From: a virus
Reading direction: 5' to 3' (one strand)
Virus record (IMG/VR): IMGVR_UViG_3300010163_003545
Coordinates: 5,287-69,286 of that record
DNA length: 64,000 nt
The notes below the pieces were generated by a model. The model saw nothing but the letters and a program-made list of their open reading frames with translations, made no database searches and had not been told where the DNA came from. Shown piece after piece: positions 46,794 through 55,450 of this stretch (position 1 is the first letter of the stretch; each line of letters begins with the position of its first letter). A program made the position numbers and the translations under genes.

Positions 46794-48383
46794 ATGGCTG
46801 TTATGGCCGTTTTTGCCAGCCTCATGCACGAGCCAACACTTGTATTGGATGAGCGTTACCCCCTCGCTGTGCAGGACTTCCCCGAGCGCTTCCATCGGAT
46901 TATCTTCTCCGCTATCGACAACCTGGTACGAAGCGGCATGCGGCAATTGGATGAATCCGTTGTTGATGATTTTATCTCCAAGTATCCAACACAGTACGCG
47001 GTGTTTGAACAGAACAATGGTCTGGATTATCTTCAGCAAATCATGTCAAGCTTCTATGCGCCGCAGAACTTCGAGCACAATTATCTCACGGTTCGCAAGT
47101 GCGCTCTGCTCAATCTGCTCGCTTCCCAAGGGTACGATATTTCCCCCTTCTATGACTCAACCACTGTTGATCCCGCTCAAGCGGATAAGGCGCGAAAGCT
47201 TCTGGACACCTCTTCTTTGGAGGATATCATCAATTACTACGAAAATGGCCTCGCGCTTATTAAGAACGAATACCGCTGTGACGCTGTTTCAAAATCCGTT
47301 CAAGCTGGCACAGGTTTGAAGGCGTTGAAAAACAGGTTAAAGGAAGTACCTGAAATTGGCCTTCCTCTTAACTCTCCAAAGCTAACTACCATCTTTCGAG
47401 GTAGACGGCTCAAGAAATTTTATCTCAAGGTGGTTGTAACCGGAGGCGGCAAAAGCCGCATGAGTGCCGCTGATGCCGCTCTCCTGTCCATCCCCGAGCG
47501 CTGGGATATCGAGCGTGGAGAGTGGGTTCAAACCGGCTTTCACGAATCAACTCTTTTCATCTCCACCGAACTTGAAATCGATGAGGTGCAAACGCTTATC
47601 ATGGCTTACGTCTCTGCCGTGCCAGAGGATCACATTCTGGATGGACGCTACGCTTCTCCGGAGGAAGAGGCTCGTGTTGATCGTGCCATCTCATTGATTG
47701 AGGCTGCTCCTTTGTATATCGAGTATATGCCAGATTTCAATATTGACGATATTGAGAATGTCGTAAAGAAGCACAAACGCCAGCACTGCATTTCGTATGT
47801 ATTTTTCGACTATTTGGCTACCTCTATTAAGCTGTTGATGGAGATCGCCTCCAAGACAAGAGGTGTGAATTTGCGTGAAGATAATGTGCTCGTCATGTTT
47901 TCAGCTCGCCTCAGCTTCCTCGCCAAAAAGCTCAACGTCCATATAGACACCTCAGCTCAGGCCAATGGCGAGTGGAAAACCATGAAAGAACCAGATCAGA
48001 ACATCACTCGAGGAGCCAAGGGCATTTCTGACAAGGTAGATATCGGTTATTGTGGTCTCCCACCAACCGATAAAGACCTGGAAGCGTTCAAGAGAATCAT
48101 AACGGCTTCTGGTATGGGGTTTGTTAAGATGCCTAATCTGGTGCTTCATGTGTACAAGGTCAGGCGCGGCAAGGTTAACCATGTAAAAATCTTTCAGTTC
48201 TTCGACTATGCCACCCTCCGCACCACTGATCTTCTTGTCACAACCAAGGATTACCTTCCTCTGGATGTTGAGAACACCAATATTGAGCTAATTTTGGAAG
48301 ACACTGAGGTTCAAAGCTCTGATGTCACGGTTGAAAGCAGTGCTGTTGCAGACGGGGAAGCTTCTCAAGAATTTATCGTTTAA
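46794..48383 (+). CDS. DnaB-like replicative helicase (divergent)
   Basis: N-terminal DnaB-N-like segment (E…AVLA.L..P….F.…H..IF.AI..L). Precedes the primase. Walker motifs are not cleanly recognisable by eye. The maximal ORF starts at 46692. Confidence 0.4.
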   Translation: MAVMAVFASLMHEPTLVLDERYPLAVQDFPERFHRIIFSAIDNLVRSGMRQLDESVVDDFISKYPTQYAVFEQNNGLDYLQQIMSSFYAPQNFEHNYLTVRKCALLNLLASQGYDISPFYDSTTVDPAQADKARKLLDTSSLEDIINYYENGLALIKNEYRCDAVSKSVQAGTGLKALKNRLKEVPEIGLPLNSPKLTTIFRGRRLKKFYLKVVVTGGGKSRMSAADAALLSIPERWDIERGEWVQTGFHESTLFISTELEIDEVQTLIMAYVSAVPEDHILDGRYASPEEEARVDRAISLIEAAPLYIEYMPDFNIDDIENVVKKHKRQHCISYVFFDYLATSIKLLMEIASKTRGVNLREDNVLVMFSARLSFLAKKLNVHIDTSAQANGEWKTMKEPDQNITRGAKGISDKVDIGYCGLPPTDKDLEAFKRIITASGMGFVKMPNLVLHVYKVRRGKVNHVKIFQFFDYATLRTTDLLVTTKDYLPLDVENTNIELILEDTEVQSSDVTVESSAVADGEASQEFIV

Positions 48384-48395
48384 GGAGTTGTTATC

Positions 48396-48872
48396 ATGGG
48401 GTGCTATCTTTCTAAAGTTCAGTTTCCAAACTGTGGAAAACTGTATTGGTTCCGTTCGGAGCAGTGTCCGCAGATCGGTAGCGAGTGCAAAGCGTGGGCG
48501 CGTGGTAGAAAAACTCTCGGTAAAATCGCTAAAACTTACTATGCACCGAATGAGCGGGTGGTTCTGGGCATCGCCCATATTCCCCTTCCCCGCATTGCTC
48601 CGCTGATTTCTTACGCAACGCAGTATCACTCTGATAGCGTTTCTATTCCCATCGGGCATGTCCATGTTAGCCCACAGTTCTACGAGCATTTCCCGCAACC
48701 TGAAAAGATCATGAAAAAATACCGGCAAATCGTGTTTGAAGGCGTCGATTTGCCTTTAGTTATTGAACGTTCCACGTCTCTTCTGAAGGATGGTTTCGCC
48801 GCTTATCTCATTTATACCATGCTGCGCAGAGACCAGGTGCCTGTTGTTTATGTGACATCTGTTGAGAAGTAG
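48396..48872 (+). CDS. hypothetical protein
   Basis: RBS TAAGGAG. Confidence 0.4.
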   Translation: MGCYLSKVQFPNCGKLYWFRSEQCPQIGSECKAWARGRKTLGKIAKTYYAPNERVVLGIAHIPLPRIAPLISYATQYHSDSVSIPIGHVHVSPQFYEHFPQPEKIMKKYRQIVFEGVDLPLVIERSTSLLKDGFAAYLIYTMLRRDQVPVVYVTSVEK

Positions 48873-48877
48873 TCGCT

Positions 48878-49969
48878 ATGCAGCTCTCGTTCACAACCAA
48901 TTCAGCACACCATTCGCTTTCAACAGGGCAGGTTACGCAAGTCCTCTCTGCGCTTGGCAGTGACTCACCTCATTCTTCGCCGGACGGACGTGCGCTCATT
49001 TTTCAAACGGTTTGCCATAACCCTCCGCACCATGGTAGCTATAAGCTGTTTTATTATCTGAATAACGGCTTGTTTCATTGCTATACACACTGTGGTGACT
49101 CCTTTGATATCTATGAGCTGGTAATGCGCTCAAAGGGGTGCGGCTTTTATCAGGCGCTTTTGTTTATTCAAGGCATTTTGGGCTTTACCCTAGAGCGAAA
49201 AACCGGAATACAACGAAAAGTCGTAGACGATTGGCAGCTCATTGAAAAATACACATCGCGTGCGCAGCAGTCCCAACAGCCTCTCCCAGAATACCCGCCC
49301 TCTGTGCTGGATTACTACAAATCCGTATATCCTGTGGAATGGCTTCGAGATCGTATTACGCCTCAAGCTATGGAGCGGTTTCAAATCCGCTTCGACCCGG
49401 TGAAGAATGAGATCATCATCCCTCATTTCGACCCGTCTGGACATCTCGTGGGCATCCGTTCTCGCTCACTCGATCCTTTAGCCGTTTCAGCGGGCTTTAA
49501 GTATATACCAACCTCCCTGGAGGGAACAGATTATCGACATCCTCTCCGCAACAATCTTTACGGGCTATACCAAAATCTCCAAGCTATCCAGCGCTGCGGC
49601 AAGGTTGTTTTATTTGAGGCAGAAAAGAGCGTATTGCAGTGTGCAGGGTATTACGGGGATGATAACTTCACGGTCGCTGTATGCGGTTCCAATATCTCGC
49701 ATTGGCAGCGTGATACACTCATTTCCCTTGGCGTGCGAGAAGTATTTCTCGCTTTCGATAAAGAATATCACACCCCTTTCACTCCAGAGTCCGATGCCTA
49801 CGCCGACAAAATTTTGAACCTAGCAAGCCTTTTTACGCCCTATGTAACTACTTATGTCTTATGGGACATGGACGGTCTGCTTGATTACAAGGATTCTCCA
49901 AGCGACAAAGGTCGCGAGGCGCTAGAACAACTCATGGCAAAGAAATTCGAGGTGAGAACAGAAGAATGA
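48878..49969 (+). CDS. DNA primase (DnaG-like: CHC2 zinc finger plus TOPRIM)
   Basis: CHNPPHHGSYKLFYY…FHCYTHCG zinc finger. TOPRIM segment VVLFEAEKSV…AFDKE. Confidence 0.7.
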   Translation: MQLSFTTNSAHHSLSTGQVTQVLSALGSDSPHSSPDGRALIFQTVCHNPPHHGSYKLFYYLNNGLFHCYTHCGDSFDIYELVMRSKGCGFYQALLFIQGILGFTLERKTGIQRKVVDDWQLIEKYTSRAQQSQQPLPEYPPSVLDYYKSVYPVEWLRDRITPQAMERFQIRFDPVKNEIIIPHFDPSGHLVGIRSRSLDPLAVSAGFKYIPTSLEGTDYRHPLRNNLYGLYQNLQAIQRCGKVVLFEAEKSVLQCAGYYGDDNFTVAVCGSNISHWQRDTLISLGVREVFLAFDKEYHTPFTPESDAYADKILNLASLFTPYVTTYVLWDMDGLLDYKDSPSDKGREALEQLMAKKFEVRTEE

Positions 49970-50089
49970 CCCCTTCTAAGAAAATTTTTTCGTTATTCAC
50001 CCAAACATCGCCGTGGCTTTTCTGTTCACCAGAATTAAATCTTATCAAAGCACCGATTCCAGTAAAAATGTACAAGGAGGCGTTTTCCT

Positions 50090-50296
50090 TTGAGCGCACC
50101 TAAAAATCCATATCGACAACTAATGGAAGGACTCCTTTCTTTAGAAAGCGAGTTCCATTTTTGCCATCAGCTCTTCCAACCCAAGCAATGGAAGAGCATT
50201 CTCTATGGCCTGAATCTCATCTTATCGAGTCTTCTCGAAGCAAGTAAACTCGAAGCTGGCAATCCAGAAGCGAATAAGGAGGAACCTCATGACTGA
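50090..50296 (+). CDS. hypothetical protein
   Basis: 68 aa. RBS AAGGAGG. Confidence 0.35.
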   Translation: MSAPKNPYRQLMEGLLSLESEFHFCHQLFQPKQWKSILYGLNLILSSLLEASKLEAGNPEANKEEPHD

Positions 50297-51665
50297 TCAA
50301 GGGATTTCTGATTTGCTGCATATCCAAGCCGCTTTTACGTCCATCGCCAACGCGGTCGGTAAGTGCAAGGAAACGGTTCTTCGCTGCTACGAGACAGATG
50401 ACTTGGTGTGCAAGGCGCTACAATATCTGCTCAGCCCCTATAAGACCTTCGGCCTTACTGAGGTAAAACTGAACAAACCCGTGCCTCACGCAACACAGTT
50501 GCGACTTTATTCCCCTGATTTGTTTTCTCTTTTGAATATTTTGAACAGCGTCCCCGCCGTTGACAATAATCTTCTTTGCACTGTTCAACGGGAGCTTTCA
50601 GATATTAAGAACAAGGCTGGGCAGGAAGTTGCAACGTTCGTCGCACAATTCATAACTAAGTCCCTCCGCCTCGGCGTCACGGCCAAAACCGTTAACAAGG
50701 CGCTTGGTAAGAAACTCATCCCAATTATGGAATGTATGCTCGCCAATAAGTATTTCGAGCACCCAAACGCCGTTGAGGGCCAGGAATTTTACCTCACTCA
50801 AAAACTGGATGGCATACGCTGTCTTGCTTTTGTCGAAATGAAACATGGGGAACCCAATAAAATTTCCTTCTATTCTAGACAAGGGCAGCGAATCGACGGT
50901 CTTGAAGAGATCGCGCAGGAGTTGTGTCTGTTGGTAGCCAATCGTGGGGTTCGCGATTTTGTTTTTGACGGGGAACTCTTGGTAGACGAAGCGTACATTC
51001 ATCTTTGCACGCCAGATGTAGCCCCAAGCGCGGATAACTATAAGCGGACTATTCAGATTGTCCGCAAAGATGGGGAGAAAAAGAGTGTCACTTTTAACGT
51101 ATTTGATGCTCTGCCTATGTTTGATTTTACTGAGGCTGGCTGTTGTTCGGTTCCCTATGCTGAGCGCCGCAAGAGTTTAGGCCATTTGTTCGAGAATGCT
51201 GCTTACGCTTTCTCCCATTTGCGTCTGCTCCCCATACTCTACTCAGGTTCGGAGCAGGAACAAATTCTTTCCTGGCTTTCTACGATGCGCCAGCTTCATC
51301 AGGAAGGCATTATGGTGAACCTCGCAAATGCGCCCTATGAGTGCAAACGCACCAGTAACCTACTCAAGGTGAAAGCAATGCAGGACTGCGACTTGCGCAT
51401 CGTTGGCTTTGAACCGGGCAAGGGGCGCTTTGTGGGTACACTCGGAGCTCTGGCAGTTGATTATAAGGGTAGCCCACTTCGCGTTGGGTCTGGTTTTTCT
51501 GATGATATGCGTGCGTGGCTTTGGCAAAACCAGGCTGACTTGCTTGGGCGCATCGTTACTGTTCAGTATTTCGAGGAGACGCAAGATAAAAACGGCACAA
51601 AATCTTTGCGATTCCCCGTGTTCAAAGAATTGAGAGAGCCGGGGAAGGAGGTGTCTTATGAGTAG
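50289..51665 (+). CDS. ATP-dependent DNA ligase
   Basis: Motif I KLDGIR, motif III FVFDGELL, motif IV EGIMVN, motif V LLKVK. Confidence 0.7.
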   Translation: MTDQGISDLLHIQAAFTSIANAVGKCKETVLRCYETDDLVCKALQYLLSPYKTFGLTEVKLNKPVPHATQLRLYSPDLFSLLNILNSVPAVDNNLLCTVQRELSDIKNKAGQEVATFVAQFITKSLRLGVTAKTVNKALGKKLIPIMECMLANKYFEHPNAVEGQEFYLTQKLDGIRCLAFVEMKHGEPNKISFYSRQGQRIDGLEEIAQELCLLVANRGVRDFVFDGELLVDEAYIHLCTPDVAPSADNYKRTIQIVRKDGEKKSVTFNVFDALPMFDFTEAGCCSVPYAERRKSLGHLFENAAYAFSHLRLLPILYSGSEQEQILSWLSTMRQLHQEGIMVNLANAPYECKRTSNLLKVKAMQDCDLRIVGFEPGKGRFVGTLGALAVDYKGSPLRVGSGFSDDMRAWLWQNQADLLGRIVTVQYFEETQDKNGTKSLRFPVFKELREPGKEVSYE

Positions 51666-52404
51666 TAATATTCACCTATTCCAAGGTGACTGTATTGAGC
51701 AAATGCGGCACATAGCGGAGCATTCGGTTGGGCTTGTAATTGCCGATCCGCCGTATGGTATCACGGCGAACAAATGGGATAGCGTCATCCCTTTTGAGGC
51801 TATGTGGAGCTCTCTCCATCGTGTATGCAAGGAAAACGCCGTTATTGCGTTGTGCGCATCCCAGCCATTTTCATCCGCGTTGGTTATGAGTAATCCTAGA
51901 GAATTTCGGCATGAATGGATTTGGATTAAGAATCGCGGTTCAAATTTTGCCAACACCGTCCGCGAGCCAATGAAGGAGCATGAGCATATTCTTATTTTTT
52001 CCAAGGGTAAATGGACGTATAATAAGCAAATGCAACCGCGCACGGGTGGCGGGCTAGAGCGCGTCAAGTACACATTTCAGAATCAAACAGCATCTTCTGA
52101 TAACTACCGCCGTTTTAATCGTCCTAATAATGATCAGGGTGAACTGCGAGTCCCTTCAAGCTGGCAGAAGTTTAACGTCGAAGTCGGGCTACATCCGACG
52201 CAAAAACCGGTTACTCTTATGCGTTATCTCGTTAAAACCTACTCTAACCAAGGGGATGTTGTATTAGACTTTTGCGCTGGATCCGGCACAACCGGCGTTG
52301 CCTGCATTTACGAGCAGCGGGCGTTTATTGGTATTGAAAAAGAGCAAAAGTATTTTGATATTATGCGCAAGCGTTTAGCTTCCGCAGAAGAGAGGAGTGC
52401 ATAA
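51658..52404 (+). CDS. DNA amino-methyltransferase, beta class (N6-adenine or N4-cytosine)
   Basis: Motif IV ADPPYG precedes motif I DFCAGSGTTG (circularly permuted beta order). HPTQKP is also present. Confidence 0.8.
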   Translation: MSSNIHLFQGDCIEQMRHIAEHSVGLVIADPPYGITANKWDSVIPFEAMWSSLHRVCKENAVIALCASQPFSSALVMSNPREFRHEWIWIKNRGSNFANTVREPMKEHEHILIFSKGKWTYNKQMQPRTGGGLERVKYTFQNQTASSDNYRRFNRPNNDQGELRVPSSWQKFNVEVGLHPTQKPVTLMRYLVKTYSNQGDVVLDFCAGSGTTGVACIYEQRAFIGIEKEQKYFDIMRKRLASAEERSA

Positions 52405-53359
52405 TTGCCCAATGGTTATCTCTTCTGTTTCTCCCAAGCGATATTCCTACTCAGCCCTCAGCACCTTCAACACTTGCCCAATACAATTTTGGTGGAAGTA
52501 CGTCCAACACAAACGTGTGGATGAGCAAACTCTTCCCCTTTGCCTGGGATCCTTGCTCCACAAGGGGAAGGAACTGATCTCGAAATCTCTCATGGCCGGT
52601 GAAGTACCAGACTACGCGAGCATTGAAAGCGCAATGTGGGGTGGATATACTGGGCCAGACAAGGCGTCTGGTAAGGATGAAACCCTCATGGGGCTTCACG
52701 AGTTGAAAACCAAATTCTTTTCTGATTGGGTCGCTCCTGATGATAAGAGCGGCCTTTCTTATGAGCAAAAGCTGAATATTTACTTTTCTAACCTGCGGGC
52801 AGAAGAACAGGATACCGATTGGCACACAATCGCTGCCGAGGTCAACTTCGAGATTTCTTTTGAGGATGTCATTCTATTCGGCGTAATCGACAATATCTCA
52901 GAGAATAGTCGTGGGGAGCTGATGGTCAAGGATTACAAATCCTCTAAAAAGCTCTATTCGGACGCAGATATCAAAACACCATTGCAGATGGTTATCTACA
53001 ATCTTGCTGTTCAGTCCATGTACCCTGGACGAGCTATCGTTTCTAATCTTTATGATTTCATTTTGTTAGGCCGGACACAAATTGCAGGATCTCCGGGGTG
53101 GATGGAGAGAGGAAAAAAGAAACTATCCAAGATCCTCGCGGGGATTAAGGAATGCGAAGAAAGCGGTATCTGGAAGCCCAAGCCTAGCCCACTGTGCCAC
53201 TGGTGTAGCTATTGTGGTACGAACCCGAACGCAGACATGAGTACCAAAGGGCTTTGCGAGTTCAATAGCCTTTGGATGCCTCAAAGCAAGACTTTCTCTG
53301 TGCGTAAACCATGGGTCGGTACGATGCCTGACACGTCTACTACGGATTTTGTCATTTGA
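52397..53359 (+). CDS. PD-(D/E)xK nuclease, Cas4/RecB-like with C-terminal Cys cluster
   Basis: GVIDNISE…MVKDYKSSK (D…E/D-x-K). C-terminal CHWCSYCG…C Fe-S-type cluster. Confidence 0.55.
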   Translation: MHNCPMVISSVSPKRYSYSALSTFNTCPIQFWWKYVQHKRVDEQTLPLCLGSLLHKGKELISKSLMAGEVPDYASIESAMWGGYTGPDKASGKDETLMGLHELKTKFFSDWVAPDDKSGLSYEQKLNIYFSNLRAEEQDTDWHTIAAEVNFEISFEDVILFGVIDNISENSRGELMVKDYKSSKKLYSDADIKTPLQMVIYNLAVQSMYPGRAIVSNLYDFILLGRTQIAGSPGWMERGKKKLSKILAGIKECEESGIWKPKPSPLCHWCSYCGTNPNADMSTKGLCEFNSLWMPQSKTFSVRKPWVGTMPDTSTTDFVI

Positions 53360-53371
53360 GAGGATCACCTT

Positions 53372-55162
53372 ATGAAAAAGATTACGATTGGTAGCCTTTT
53401 CGATGGGAGTGGTGGCTTCCCGCTCGCTGCCGCATTGCATGGTTGTATACCTCTCTGGGCTTCGGAAATCGAACCTTATCCTATTGCCGTAACACGCTCA
53501 CATTTTCCGGGCATGAAGCACTTAGGGAATGTGTTGGCGGTGCATGGGAACGAAATTGATCCGGTTGATATTATTACATTCGGATCGCCTTGTCAGGATA
53601 TGTCAATCGCTGGAAAACGGGCCGGTTTGAAACATGTAGCTGTCGGAGATGAAGAAACAACTCGAAGCGGCTTATTTTATGAGGCCATACGAATCATACG
53701 AGAAATGAGGGAAGCGACAAATGGAACATATCCAACCTACGCTGTCTGGGAAAACGTCCCAGGGGCACTCAGTTCCAACAAGGGCGAAGACTTCCGGTGC
53801 GTTCTCGAAGAGTTCGCACGGATCAAAGAAAAAAACGTTCCTATACCTAAACCTACAGAAGGCTGGACAACCGCAGGAGAAATCGTGGGAGATGGCTACA
53901 GTATCGCATGGCGAGTGCTCGACGCGCAATACTGGGGAGTCCCCCAGCGTCGCCGTAGAATCTACCTTGTGGCAGATTTTGCAGATGGAAGTGCCGGAAA
54001 GATATTATTTGAGCGCGAAGGCATGCCAGGGAATCCTCAACCGGGCAGAAAGGAGAGGGAAAGCGCTACCACCGATGCTCCAGGAAGCGTTATTGGAGGT
54101 AGTCAGCTTAAGTGCGTGAACCCGTGGGATGGTCAGGCAAGGCGGCTGTATGACCCGAACGGCGTATTCCCCGCGCTACCGGCACGAGAGCGTGCAGGAC
54201 AGAACCAGCAAGGCGTGCACTATGCTGTGGCGTTCATGGCGGGTCAGGGTGCAAAAGCGCATGGCATCGGCGCGGTGGAAGATGGTTCCCCCACGCTAAA
54301 AGGCTGCCCTTCTGGACTGAACCAAGCGCCCAGTGTGGTCTATCCCGCTGCGGGGCGATGCTATGCGGCTACGCGATTCGCGGAATACAAGGAAGCTCTG
54401 CCGACACTACGCGCTTCTGGCTCAGATTGTGGTGGTGGTTCCGAAGGAATTATTGTATGGCCTACGGTTGCTCGTTGCATGACGGCGGAAGCGGATGCCA
54501 GCCCATGCCTCGATCGAGGACAAAATGTGGCTGTGCTAGATTGCCGCAATTTGAATACGAGCAGTGTCAGCGGAACCTTGCAGGCTAAAGAGAACAGCGG
54601 CTACAGCCTAAATTATCAGAATCCTGTTGTTTATGACGCGCGCGGCCATGGTAATGGTCGGTGCGTATCAACTTTGACTGGAGATCACGAAAACAGGGTT
54701 ACTGATTACACCAGTATTGTAGCCTATGGCGGTAATCAATCGTCCACATTGGACGCGTCCTATTACAAGGGCACTGGTTCGCGTAACGGGAAGGAACGTG
54801 AGTTCATCGCTGAAAAACGCCGTGGGTGCCATTGGATCGCCAGACGCTTGATTCCAACCGAGTGCGCACGACTACAAGGCTTTCCAGACTGCTGGGGCAT
54901 TCTTGTGTACAAGGAAAGCATGACCGATGCGGAAGCTACGTTTTGGGAAGGTGTACGCAAAACCTTTGCGGATGCCACCGGCAAGCGCTATCGGCCTTTC
55001 GCCAAGAGGGAACAACTGGTGAGATGGTACAACCGTCTCCATACGGATTCCTCGGAGTATAAGATGTGGGGCAACGGAATTGCGTTGCCTTGTGCTGAAT
55101 TTGTGCTGGTTGGAATTGTAGAAGAACTAAAACAAAGATTTTGTTTTATGCAACAGAGGTGA
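53372..55162 (+). CDS. DNA cytosine-5 methyltransferase with ~300-aa variable region (probable multispecific)
   Basis: Motif I LFDGSGG, IV GSPCQDMS, VI ENVPG, VIII QRRRRIYLV. The TRD between VIII and IX (TECARLQGFPD, GNGIALP) is unusually long. Confidence 0.85.
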   Translation: MKKITIGSLFDGSGGFPLAAALHGCIPLWASEIEPYPIAVTRSHFPGMKHLGNVLAVHGNEIDPVDIITFGSPCQDMSIAGKRAGLKHVAVGDEETTRSGLFYEAIRIIREMREATNGTYPTYAVWENVPGALSSNKGEDFRCVLEEFARIKEKNVPIPKPTEGWTTAGEIVGDGYSIAWRVLDAQYWGVPQRRRRIYLVADFADGSAGKILFEREGMPGNPQPGRKERESATTDAPGSVIGGSQLKCVNPWDGQARRLYDPNGVFPALPARERAGQNQQGVHYAVAFMAGQGAKAHGIGAVEDGSPTLKGCPSGLNQAPSVVYPAAGRCYAATRFAEYKEALPTLRASGSDCGGGSEGIIVWPTVARCMTAEADASPCLDRGQNVAVLDCRNLNTSSVSGTLQAKENSGYSLNYQNPVVYDARGHGNGRCVSTLTGDHENRVTDYTSIVAYGGNQSSTLDASYYKGTGSRNGKEREFIAEKRRGCHWIARRLIPTECARLQGFPDCWGILVYKESMTDAEATFWEGVRKTFADATGKRYRPFAKREQLVRWYNRLHTDSSEYKMWGNGIALPCAEFVLVGIVEELKQRFCFMQQR

Positions 55163-55166
55163 TTCG

Positions 55167-55439
55167 ATGATCGGCCAGCCTAAAAATTCAATTTCTATCC
55201 CCTATTTACCACGCTATCAACCAATTCCTCCATCAAGTCAAACACCACAGCAGCTTCAATCTGGTTATTGCCAACGTATGGGAGTCCCGCCGTTCGCGCC
55301 GCCCTCTGGTGTGTGCTATCGCTGCCATCACTCCATATATTCCAGTAACGATGGAGAAGATGGAGGATATTCTCAACTCTACGCTATGTCAGCCCATATT
55401 ACCGAATGTCCCCATTGCCACCATAGTTTTTGCGAATAG
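55167..55439 (+). CDS. small Cys/His zinc-binding protein
   Basis: CYRCHHS…CPHCHHSFC pattern. Confidence 0.35.
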   Translation: MIGQPKNSISIPYLPRYQPIPPSSQTPQQLQSGYCQRMGVPPFAPPSGVCYRCHHSIYSSNDGEDGGYSQLYAMSAHITECPHCHHSFCE

Positions 55440-55450
55440 GAGGTTCTCAC

